Shown piece by piece: positions 1-11,501 of a DNA stretch of 64,000 nucleotides. Position numbers and translations under genes: made by a program. The DNA is taken from assembly GCA_964016885.1 (NCBI GenBank), contig OZ024743.1:43338001-43402000 (forward strand). Reading direction: 5' to 3'. Origin of the DNA: Eledone cirrhosa. Lineage: Eukaryota. The notes below the pieces were generated by a model that had not been told where the DNA came from, made no database searches, and saw only the letters and a list, made by a program, of their open reading frames with translations. Within the stretch, counting starts at the first letter, position 1; every line of letters starts with the position of its first letter.

Positions 1-2325
1 TATATATATATATATATATATATATATAACGTTATTATTCATTTCAACCGTGAAGCGTACTTCTTACTATATACATTCATCAATTGACTACTACCAGGAC
101 CGTTAATTAGATGTAAATTCATAGATCCATTTCGGGATACGACGCAGCGTGAATGGGTATTTGTGTCCATTAAATACGTGTTTACTTTAGCTTGTTTAGA
201 AGATAATGATTTCATTACAAATCCTTAAATCCCGGTTTTAAATATACTCGTCGTTCAATCTAGGAGCTGAATATTTTGAATACTACAGAAACCTTCTCTC
301 AATGGTTAGGAGTGCGGAAGATATACTGGACAGGTAAATTGTCGACCTTAAATTGATGAATGGCGAAATTGATTTCAGTTGGATTTGAACACCAGAACTA
401 TTTCCTTCCAATCCACTTCTTACGTCTTTGCCTATTTGCCGCTTATTTTGAAGCATAAGGCGGAGTCAATACAATATATACTAGTCACGTAATGGTATTG
501 ATATAATCTATCACACACATCAGAGATGAGTTTTGGCCCTGTGATATTTCAGAATTTTATCGATTATACCGACTCCTCAGAAAAAAAATCATTACATTGA
601 ATTTATTTCAACAGGTGCATTCAAAGGGAAAATATCTACAACAGATATTTCCAATATAACTTGTCACAATGTATGTTCCATGTGGTTAATGGTTACTGGG
701 AATGAGTTAAAATCTCATGTAAATTAAGGCAAGTAAAAAGAAAATAACAATTCAAATCTCATGCATTTAGCGACATATTTAGCACGTTAAAACTTGTTCA
801 TGTGTTGCAATGCATTTAAGTATAATAATTGATGGTGACTTATTGAAATTTATCAATTATTGATCGCAAAATGCATGTGCTCTTAGAACGTATGCTTCAA
901 TGATTACTGGATTTGTTGGATATTATGGCAGTTTCTCGATATAGATTATTAGAAAGTGGTCAATAAATGCATTTTCTTTCATCAAATTCTAACTACTAGC
1001 AGAAACCTCTATATATGCAAATCACATAATTTCATTGACAGTGCGTTGTGATATTCATACATACATCTTCCTCTAAATGTTAAAATATTTACATTATATT
1101 ACTAGAATATGTTATGTCATCTATGCCTCTTCATAATAAATATTATGATATGATATAGTAGTTATATATACACTTTCTTTTTGAATAAAGAATAAATCTC
1201 AAATTGTGTTCCCGACATCTCAAAGATATTCTGCAAAATATTACTCTATTTATGACAAAATATGTCTGATAGTCGCCAAATATGCGATGAACAGTTAAGA
1301 CATATATGTGTGTATATGCGCGCGACTTTGTATGTAAATATAGCCTAAATATTTCGAGAATCGTAGGCTGAAATGATCAGAATAGATTACAGATAACAAT
1401 GAATAGCAACAGAGTTATTCAAGTGAAATAAAACAAAGTTATGAACAATACAGTTCATGCAAATTCTATTTTAACTTTCTTGTGCTATAATTCATGTATT
1501 GAATATACTTAATGTATCACAATATTCAATCTGTTTATACGCTCGTATTACACTCGTTAAAATCACGTATTGTTCTTGTTTTCAATTAATATATGGCAGT
1601 ACTTCTGTTAACTTCTTTGTTTAGTTCCGATGGTATTATAGTAAGTCTTCTAGATGGATTTCATTATCAAATGCTGTTTGAATATAGAGTACAGTGTATT
1701 GGGTGTTGGTAGAAGTGAAAATATGCTAGTTTAGCTTTAATAGTTAAAATCTATTTTCCTCACTTTTGGAACCAGCTCGTCTATTATGGCTGCAGTATGC
1801 CAGCAGTTTTTAAACAGTGATTTACCGAATTGCATAATATATCCAACGATTCTTACGTTCATATTACGTCCGAAGGAAAAATATCATTGAATTATAATTG
1901 AATGCAATGTGGTTTGACAGGAAGTATACATTTTCATCGAGACCCCAGCGGTTGGTTGTTAATGTCATCCACGTCTAAATACTCAGACAATGAAAGATAA
2001 CAGAATTACATATTGCCAAATAAGAAGTGTTCATACGCTCAGCAGGTTGTGTGCCATCATCAAATCGTCGGAGAATTAGGGACAGACTGGATAATGACTT
2101 TTCCTCTTTCTCTCATTGAATAGAATTATTAAGGAAATATTATCGTTTCGAAGTTGTTAATTAAAATTGATGTACATTTATTATAGTTGGATACAATTAA
2201 ATTGTGTTTAAATATGATACAGCAATTTGTCCACGAAAGAGATGGGCTGGATACATATTCTGATATTGTTATGTATATTTATATATATGTATACTTTATT
2301 CACACACAGAAAATTATGTATATAT

Positions 2326-2506
2326 AATTGTTTCTACTTTTGGCACAAGGCCAGCAATTAACCAGTGTATTACTGGTACTTTATTTTATCGACCCAGTAA
2401 GGATGAAAGGCAAAGTTAACCTCGGCGGGATTGGAACTCAGATCATAAAGGGACCTAACTCTATGCTTCACAGCATGATGTCCGACTCTCTACCGATACT
2501 GCCAAC
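2326..2506 (-). mobile_element. tRNA-derived SINE (octopus-type), 5' end cut off by adjacent LINE
   Basis: Reverse strand reads ttggcagtatcggtagag (A box), gagttccaatcccgccgagg (B box), tttgcctttcatcc, gtcgataaaataaagtaccag and agtagaaacaatt; many copies in the window. Confidence 0.85.
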
Positions 2507-5500
2507 AATGAAGAACAGAAAGCACCGAGACACTGGGAGCAAGAAAACGTAGGTAATGTGTAAGTTTTTCAGGAACGAGACCTGCTGGCATGGAGAGACA
2601 AGGATGGGCTGCAGATTCGCCCACTCCAGGTCTCAAACGAACTAAGCCCATGCTACTCGCGCAACATGCCCCAGCCAAAGCCGAAACAAGACGCTCCAGA
2701 AGTATGCTGATGTCATGCGTGCCGCGCCAACAAGGAGAAGGCACGCACATGCAGACGAGATACAGATGGCAGTAGCAGAGCAGAAACATGTTTTAGTCAT
2801 GGCACAGAAGTTTGTGGGACAGCTGGCCTGGCTGCATCGTTTCCAGAGCCAGGGTAACCCACACCAGCACTCGAGACCACCACAGCTAAGGGACCCAGAG
2901 TGGCCGCCGCTGACACCAGGCCAGGTGTCATACCGACAGCTATTACTGGCCCCCCAAACGTCACACCAGTTCTGCTGCTGAATGTCAGAGGCCTGGTGAA
3001 ATTCAGTAACATGAATAAAATATCCTACCTGGGAGACTTAGCCATAAGCATTATGCATAGCACCAACCAAGCATTATGCATAGCACCAATCAAGCATTAT
3101 GCATAGCACCAACCGAAACGCACCTGACAAGCAGTATAGCAGACGCAGAAATACATATACCGAAATATACTGTATTTCGTTCGGACAGGAAGGAGAGAAC
3201 TCATGGTGGGGTTGCTCTGTATATCCGTGAAGATGTCACACCAATTGTACTGTTGACACATTCAAACTCAGTTTGTGACACACTGATAGTACATATGAAG
3301 CAACTACAGACAGTTATATGTGTCACATATCGGCCGCCCGATGCCCCCAGTAATGAGGGTCAAATTTGAGGATAGCCTCAGTAGGATTGAAGAGGTCCAT
3401 GACAAACTGAACCATGGTCTCAACATTCTACTGCTGGGAAACTCAAACCTGCCAAAGGTCAAATGGCCTGAGGGCCACTTCCTCTCTGGAATGACGTCAA
3501 TAGAACAGAGACAGACGGAATCCCTGCTGGCCCTCATACACAGGCTGTTCATGGAACAAGCAATACTCCTCCCAACAATATGCAAAAATGACCTGGACCT
3601 CTGTTTTACAAACAACGAAGTGCTCGTGTACAATGTAAAGGTGACACCAACAATACTCTCGGATCATAACTTAGTAAAACTAATGATATGTGGTCCGAGA
3701 GAACCAAGAGAGACAAAACCATCAAGAAGCACCGGGACGTTATCCAGCCTTATCTTCTACAAGGCTAACTGGCAAAAGAGCAAGAGAGAAATCCGGAAGC
3801 AAACATGGAGCGAAAACACCGCCACACAAGACACCAATACAATTTCAACACTTTATGACAACTATACACACTATAATCAAAAAGTTTGTCCCGGAGAAAA
3901 AGGCAAACAGACATAAAAATCTTATTCCCAGAGATAGGAAAATCCTTATGAGACGTAGAACCAAGCTCTCAATGCAATTGAATGCACAACAAGAAAATAA
4001 AAACAAGAAGGAATCCTATTTGAAACGTGCACTACTCGGCACCGAGATTGAACTCAAGCTTTCCCATGAAAATGAAAGGGCAAAGAAAGAAAGCAGGGCC
4101 ATAGAATATATTAAAACAAACCGTAAGACCTTCTTTAAATTTGCAAATGAAACTGCCTCGGTAAACTGCAAGATTGGACCACTCTTCCATACAGACGATT
4201 CATTAACAGAGAATCCCCAAGATATATGTGAAATACTGAACGAACAGTACAAAAGTGTGTTCACGTGTCCTCTGAGACAAATGCAAATAACAAAGCCCGA
4301 GTTCTTTATGCCACAACACTACATGAAGAAATGGCGACCATCAACCACATAGACATAACGGAGGAGGATGGGGTGTACGCCATAGTTGAAATTAGAACAG
4401 ACTCAGCTGCTGGACCTGATGGATTCCCAGCAGTATTCTTAAAAACATGTAAGCGGGCCTTAGCAACTCGATTGAAGATGGTCTTCAGAAGCTTCTTGGA
4501 TAGCGGTATACTACCCAGGGAACTGAAAGAAGGCACAATATGCTCTATCTATAAAGGAGGGAGCATAGCGGAGGCAAAAAACTATAGGCCAGTCTCTCTG
4601 ACGTCGCATATCAGTAACGTCATGGAGCGAATCGTCAGGAAGAAACTGAACACTTTCCTCGAGGAAAATGACTGCCTGACTAGCACGCAGCATGGCTTCC
4701 GCCCAGGAAGAAGCTGCCTTACGCTGCTGCTACATCACTACGACTGGGTACTGAAACAACGCTAGACAGCTCACATGTGGACGTGATATATCTTGACTTT
4801 GAGAAGGCCTTTAACAAGTTCGAACACGGATTAATATGTCACAATCTACAGGGACTCGGCATAACTGGAAAAGTAGGTGAGTGGCTGCATGACTTCTTAA
4901 AAGACAGAAGCCAGACAGTCGCAGCAAACGGGGCCCTCACAAAGGAAACACCATTAACAGGTGGGGTGCCCCAAGGCACCACTACTGTTTTTGTGGATCT
5001 CTGTTATACATACAACAACATCCCTCACTAGCTATGCTGATGACACACACGTAGCAAAGGCAATCAAAAACCCGGCTGACGCTGCACTTTTACAACAAGA
5101 TCTCGATGCCATATACAAATGGGCGGAAGAAAACAACATGCAGTTCAATGCTGGCAAATTCCAAGCCCTACAATACAAAGCTGCAAACACAAATACAGTA
5201 CAACACAGTTACGCAGGACCGGGAGGGACCGATATCCCCGTGTTAAAATCGATACGAGACCTGGGTATAGACATGAGCGATGATGCATCTTTTTCCTCAC
5301 ACATCATGAAAGTAGCGACAATGTGCAGACGACACGCTGGCTGGATCTTGGGGACTTTCCGGACAAGAGACCGAGACACCATGTTGACACTATGGAATAC
5401 ATTTGTCCTAAGCCACCTGGACTATTGCTCCCAGTTGTGGTCACCACATAGTGTCAAACTAACCACGGAGCTCGAGGCAATCCAGCGAAGCTACACCAAG

Positions 5501-6003
5501 AGGATTGCCACCATAAAGGAGATAAGTTACTGGCAGAGGATAAAAGAACTGAACCTCTTGGAACCAAGACGGGAGAGATACGCAGTGATCTACATGTGGA
5601 AAATCCTGGATAGACTATCATCAAACTTTGGCATTGGGAGCTGGACCAACCGTCGAACAGGACGTCACTGTGTGGTGCCAAAGATCCCATCTTCCACATC
5701 TAGAATAAGGAGCAGATATTGCAATATCCTGGGATTCAAGGCCCCTCAACTCTTCAACAAGCTGCCGAGGGATCTGAGAGATTTGCATGGTGTGAAGGTG
5801 GATGTCTTCAAGAAACATCTCGACACATTGCTATCCAGGATGCCGGATGAGCCCACAGCAAGGCACGAGAGAAACCTAAGGGCTGCAGCAAACTCTCTCT
5901 TAAACCAGTGGCCAACCAATACAGGCTGGAGATAAAATGTGTAGCAGCAAGGGCAGTGCCCCAGCATGGCCTCAACCGGATGGCTAGAATAGGTAAAAGA
6001 GAA
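2507..6003 (+). mobile_element. Degenerate CR1/L2-group non-LTR retrotransposon (APE + RT)
   Basis: Frameshifted ORFs with APE motifs (TETHL, FRSDR..GGVALYIR, SDHN), RT motifs (GPDGFP, NYRPVSLTS, QHGFRPGRSC, YLDFEKAF, GVPQG, YADD) and LDYCSQLWSP; ends in (TA)n. Confidence 0.9.
3046..3113 (+). repeat. 3x 23-nt tandem duplication inside LINE endonuclease region
   Basis: aagcattatgcatagcaccaa(c/t)c repeated three times, shifting the frame. Confidence 0.85.
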
Positions 6004-6077
6004 TATATATATATATATATTAAATACAGAACAGTAAATATTAGCGAAGGACCTATGGATTTGTGCATGAATCCATT

Positions 6078-6218
6078 CAGTACATTACTGGTACTTTATT
6101 TTATCGACCACGTAAGGATGAATGGCAAAGTCAACCTCGGCGGGATTTGAACTCAGATCGTAAAGGGACGTAACTATGCTGGAAAGCATGGCGTCCGACA
6201 CTCTACCGTTACTGCCAA
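6078..6218 (-). mobile_element. SINE copy (partial)
   Basis: Same B box and central domain as 2326-2506. Confidence 0.8.
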
Positions 6219-6392
6219 TACACATGCCTAATAATTAAATAATATAGACACTCTAATATACTCTCAATATTCAACACCAACTAAATAGCAGACAACAGTG
6301 TATATAACAACAATTACTCCAGTATAGATTATGCAACTCCCTATCCTGTCATAAAAAAATGTCAACTCTCTCTGCCAATCCACCGTTGTATA

Positions 6393-6512
6393 TAATAATA
6401 ATAATAAATGTGATTACTAAAATCAAAAGAGGGTTCGATAAGGATAAATATATAGCAAATATATAACAACGATAGAGCAAATATTTATTGCTTAAACTTT
6501 AATCTGTTATTC
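6393..6512. mobile_element. Fragment of PLE family B terminal tail (rearranged)
   Basis: actaaaatcaaaagagggttc...tagagcaaatatttat plus gcttaaactttaatctgttatt match 42330-42520 and 32820-32850. Confidence 0.6.
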
Positions 6513-6578
6513 TATATATATATATATACATAGAATAACAGATTATTATATATAACAGATATATATATATATATATAT

Positions 6579-6747
6579 ATAACGAAGGAAATGTGGTAAG
6601 GAATCAGGTGGACCATAACGCACCAAAGTACTCGATACTTGAGGTAGTAGAGTGGGTAATAGGAACCAGTAAGACCCCGACAGCTGAGCTCAAGCTGTTT
6701 CGACGGCGGCTAATTCTGGACAATATATATATATATATATAATTCTG

Positions 6748-6751
<4 letters not shown>
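6579..6751 (-). mobile_element. Solo terminal fragment of PLE family A in (TA)n
   Basis: Near-identical to 13746-13886 (aacgaaggaaatgtggtaagg...aattctggac); starts at the +100 end point. Confidence 0.9.
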
Positions 6752-6812
<61 letters not shown>

Positions 6813-6821
6813 ATATATATA

Positions 6822-8452
6822 TCTGCCACCCCAACGCCGTCGCCGTTTTTCTCAAGGTACGTGGACGATATCCTCATCCAGACAGGGCGAACAGAATATA
6901 TGAGACGTTCAACAACACGGACGAGAACATTGACTTCAGTGTTGAACACTCCAACGAAGACGGGTCACTTGCCCTCCTCGACTTCCGAATCAACATCACG
7001 GAACAAGGAAGGATCCACTGCAACTCTACTGAAAGGCAGCCTGCAGGGACCTGTTCGTTCACTACAACTCCGCCCTCCCTAACAGTGCCAAAAGAAGATT
7101 AATCACGAACGAGATCGCGCGAATCAAAAACAGATGCAGCGATCCCGCAAGTGGTGTCACTCATACCAAGCGATTCCTCGAGGTGCTGGAGACGAACGGG
7201 TACCCTACCTCGCTCACAGACAGAGTAGGAGACACCAGACACAAGAGACAAAGAGGCACCCAAGGCAAGTGCTTCCTTAAAATGCCACACCGGGCGAGAA
7301 TACCACCAACGCTATCCGCAAGGCTATACGGAGGGAGGGCCTCGACATCCACCTGGCCCACTCGGGCCCCTCCCTGCGAAGATGCCTCTCCAGGAAATCC
7401 GGGAAATCAACTGACGGGTGCTCCCTCAGAGAGTGCCCGATACGTTATGAGAACTGTTGCCTACGCACATACGTCGTGTATAAGATAGAATGTGACAGGT
7501 GCAACCAATATTATATAGGTAGCACAATCCGACCTTTGCACATCCGGATCAAGGAACACACTAAAACCAGTGCCTCGTCTTTCCGGAAACACATAGACAA
7601 ATGCGGAAACAAAGACGGAAGGGCCGTTGTCACAATTCTAGCGACTGAAAGAAACGTCGGCACGTTAAGTATCAAGCAATCACTTTTTATCAAACGCCTG
7701 GAACCGCAAATAAACAATCGATCCGAGAGAAGCCAAATGAGGTGGTTGGTTTAAGTTAACAAACGATGCAGCAACGCACGAACACACACACACAATCGAG
7801 ACAACTACACACGCACCCGCACACACACACACAGTAGCATTCCACCATAGGCAAGATACTACACTGCCAATACAGAGGAACAAGGCAACAACACACGCTC
7901 ACACACACACTCTCAAGCGAGACAACAACACACGCACACACACACTGTAACATTTAACAAACAGGCAGAGAATGGACTGACAGCTACCGCCACACCACTC
8001 CCACAATTGAAAGAACTACTTCGGCCGCTGACCTCTGCCCGACCGAACCCATTTCACGCGCAAGCGCGCGCTGCTGAATACCTCAGATATTCAAAACAAC
8101 AAACAGCGGAGGACGCGTTTCGCACCTTTCCGATAGACCTTTCCCCCACCTCGGAAAAAAACCCCAGTTGATGGAAGTGAATCCGAAATATATAGGGACA
8201 ATTAAATCTCTCCCAAGGTTGTTATAATCTCTCATGTTGTTATTTTAATTTTATCCTTAATACTCTTTCCTTCATTCCTTTACACGTCTTATACACGCAA
8301 CGCATCTCAACGTACACCCACTTACATCTCTCTCTCCACCACCAGATCTTATTACCCGGAGATTTAGCCATTGGCATTGTCGAGGCTTCCAAACGACTTA
8401 AAGATATTTACCTATTATTCCACAATGCTTCAAGCAAACTTCAATACTCTCT
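6822..8452 (+). mobile_element. 5'-truncated, frameshifted Penelope-like element (distinct lineage)
   Basis: FSRYVDDIL RT motif; GIY-YIG VVYKIECDRCNQYYIGSTIRPLHIRIKEH; CA-rich 3' UTR; degenerate HHR-like motif near 8163-8198; (TA)n on both sides. Confidence 0.85.
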
Positions 8453-9214
8453 TATATATATATATATATATATACAGTAGACATTTACTCATCCGTGTTA
8501 GCTGTATTGTCTATTTGGTAACAACCTGTGTAAGCAGGAGAAGACTCTCTGCATTCGTAGTGAGTAGTTTACGTTGGAGATTCAGTAAAAGAATAACATT
8601 AAGAAATATGCTGTGTTTCATAATGTTATTCTTATATATATATGGGCTTGTATGTGCGTGTGTTGGTACCATCTACATTCAACAAGTGATGGAAGGAATC
8701 TTTCCACATTTAGAATAATATTAAGTCTACAATTATCTTTCTTAGATCGAAATAATGTATTCCATTTCAACATTTTCTAAGGATTCCTATTGTGACTGAA
8801 ATTCTCATTCTCTCCTTGATTACAAACTGATTAATTATTCCATTACTTTCATGTTGTCATAATCATATATGAAACAATCGTAACTTAATAACATATATTT
8901 ACACAGGCTACACAAATAATTATATCATAGCAAATGACTCAATGAGGGACCTATATTTGGCCGACATAACTGGTAGATACATCAACGCAATTCGTCCTTC
9001 AAATTATACACCAATCACTATACTATACCTAACATTATAATGACAAAGAAAGAGCTGCGATGCACTACGCAATACCTATGTTCTAATAGAGTGGACCTCG
9101 TGTTAAAAGAAAACACTGTCTACATTCTGTTTGCAATGAGAAGTGCATGTACTAAATTATGGGCAAGGAATTGTTATAGCATTAGGAATATACAGATAAT
9201 TTCATTTACACAGA

Positions 9215-9485
9215 CGAGAAAACCATATATCCTCACGTGTTCCCAAGTGGAGCAGTCGCAAGCACGGAAGGAGTCGTCCTCGTGAGTAACAGTTAAGTTC
9301 AAAATGCATCGACGATTGTACCTCTTGCTTCTGCTGGACACCACCTGACGGCGTTAGTGCCGGAGTTTCGCATTGCTACGGCTTTCTAAATGTTTACCTA
9401 TAAACATACAGTATTCCTTTAGAAAAACGAAATACCAATACATATTTGTATACAGCTATGCATGAAGCTAAATTTTAATTCTATT
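9215..9485 (+). repeat. Unclassified dispersed repeat
   Basis: aaatgcatcgacgattgt...accac...ggcgtt...tacatatttgtatacagctatg recurs twice at about 54830-55320. Confidence 0.6.
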
Positions 9486-9727
9486 ATATATATATCGAAA
9501 GGTCGTCCGATATGCTTAGTATATCAGTTCGTCTAGGATTACAGACTCAGGATCGATCTTTTAAAATCTTGCCTCAAGCTGATTGATAGTGAAACATATG
9601 TAATAGGTTATTAAACATGATATGATGCAACACTGAATCCTTGTTCCTTACCCTTATAATACTATACTCTGATCTACGAGTGCTCAACGGCATACAACAC
9701 ACGCTCGCATTTTTCTTGCAACCATAC

Positions 9728-9770
<43 letters not shown>

Positions 9771-9774
<4 letters not shown>

Positions 9775-9971
9775 AGAAAAACCACAGACCCTCCAACTCA
9801 ACTCTACTTTTGAAAAGCAGAAGAACTGCGAAACCGGTAAAGGAACCAAATAAATGTTTTTTTTTTTTCAAAAATAAGACTCCAGTTGCATTTTCGATTT
9901 CATCTTTTTTCTTTATACTTTCACTCGTGTAGGACACCTCGGTTATTTTTCATTTTGTAAAAAAACCTCAC

Positions 9972-9978
<7 letters not shown>
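9771..9978 (+). mobile_element. Non-coding HHR-bearing mini-element (PLE terminus) in (TA)n
   Basis: Matches both arms of 38530-38885; carries HHR at 9806-9843. Confidence 0.75.
9806..9843 (+). ncRNA. Minimal type I hammerhead ribozyme, U3-A8 variant
   Basis: ctt-TTGAAAA-GCAG aagaa CTGC-GAA-ACCGGT-A-aagg; palindromic stem III, GUA triplet. Confidence 0.7.
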
Positions 9979-10051
<73 letters not shown>

Positions 10052-10093
10052 ATACATATACATACATATATATATATATTCATATACATAAAC

Positions 10094-10135
<42 letters not shown>

Positions 10136-10140
<5 letters not shown>

Positions 10141-10251
10141 AACCAGTAAGACCCCGGGGTCTTACTGGTTCCTATTACCCACTCTACTACCTCAAGTATT
10201 GAGTACTTTGGTGCGTTATGGTCCACCTGGTTCCTTACCACATTTCCTTCG

Positions 10252-10255
<4 letters not shown>
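10136..10255. mobile_element. Minimal head-to-head family A insertion (20-nt + 100-nt arms)
   Basis: ataggaaccagtaagacccc|ggggtcttactggttcctat...ttccttcgttat with axis 10155/10156, flanked by (TA)n. Confidence 0.9.
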
Positions 10256-10296
<41 letters not shown>

Positions 10297-10306
10297 AACC
10301 AGTAAG

Positions 10307-10400
10307 ACCCCGACAGCTGAGCTCAAGCCGTTTCGACGGCTAATTCTGGACTAAATGAACATTTATCCTGGTATTTAAATAGCCGATCTTCTCAAGGGGT
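10307..10400 (-). ncRNA. Type I hammerhead ribozyme (family A), U3-A8 variant
   Basis: ACCCC-TTGAGAA-GATCGGCTA..TAGCCGTC-GAA-ACGGCT tgagctc AGCTGT-C-GGGGT; predicted cut between 10312 and 10311. Confidence 0.85.
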
Positions 10401-11501
10401 AATTCCATATATGGTCAAAGTGATTGTCAAAAATCAGTAGTAATTCTGTGGTTGCAAATTAGTAGGGCAGATGGTGGCTAAACCTGCCAGTAGGAGAAAG
10501 AGGGGAGGGGGTGGAGTAGACCCAATCAAGCGTTGGTAGTGCCAGCTACAGCTGGGCATGAGGTCAAAGAAGATACAGGGGAGGGGGAGGGGGAGGAAGT
10601 CGGAACAGTAGGTAGAACAATGGGGGGTAAAAATAGGAAAGAAAAAATACTGAGAGTGAAGAAAAGCAAATAAGTGTAAAGAAAAAATTAAATTCTACGA
10701 CCTAGGTGTCAGGCTATTGTTAGGCGAGAATAAAATAAAGAAAGAAAGAAAGAAAGAAGTAAATAAATAAATAAATAAATAAATAAGGAAATAAGTAAAA
10801 GAACTAGGTGGGACGAATTAGGCAAGGACCCTTTTAAGAGGTATAAGTACGTAAATGATACGGTGACTGGTCAACAAAAGGGGCCAAAATACTAAAGAGA
10901 CTACCACGAAATAAACAATAAAGGTTTCCATCCCGGGCCAGCAACGACCCAGTGCAGCAAAGTGAACTTGTACGACATAATAATTCTGAGTCCCGGGAAA
11001 AATATATACTAATGCTAACTCTAAAAGATCTAAAACAAGCTACATGAAAGTTCGTACGAAATAAAGGTAGAATACGGAGAAATAAGTTCAGAATCCACCC
11101 CGCCCAGAAGAAAAGCGAAGCAAGAAATACTGAAACGAAAAAATAAGGCATAAGTGCCACTAAGAAATATAGAGGGCACAGAGAATAGTGGGAGCGGTCG
11201 GAAAAGGGGGGCAAGTATCCGGGGTCTAAGCCAACTGCTATAAAGGGCGGAGTCCGCCAAATCTATCAAAGACTAGGGGAGGGGGAGTGGGGGTACTAAG
11301 GCTACATGGGGCCAAAGGGCAGCCTCGGGTGGGCGAGAAAAGACGCCGACAAAGGAGAAGAGCTGGGGTAGAAGGACAAAGGAGAGAGGGGGGAAGGAAA
11401 TAAAGGATGCGATAAAAGAATACAAAGAAGATCTTACGTCTTCCTTGGCAAGCAGGGGTTACCCATTGCAAAATCGGCAACTGGGGTGTTATAGCCCTAG
11501 T

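Noticed and set aside
10834-11214. Recurrent 126-aa hydrophobic ORF in family A 3' UTR as a second gene
   Set aside because: TTG start, T-rich composition, recurs only because copies are near-identical, and is not evident in subfamily A2
11215-11265. ggtctaagcc...ggcggag as a twister ribozyme
   Set aside because: No upstream UAA cleavage segment or P2/P4 pairing could be built
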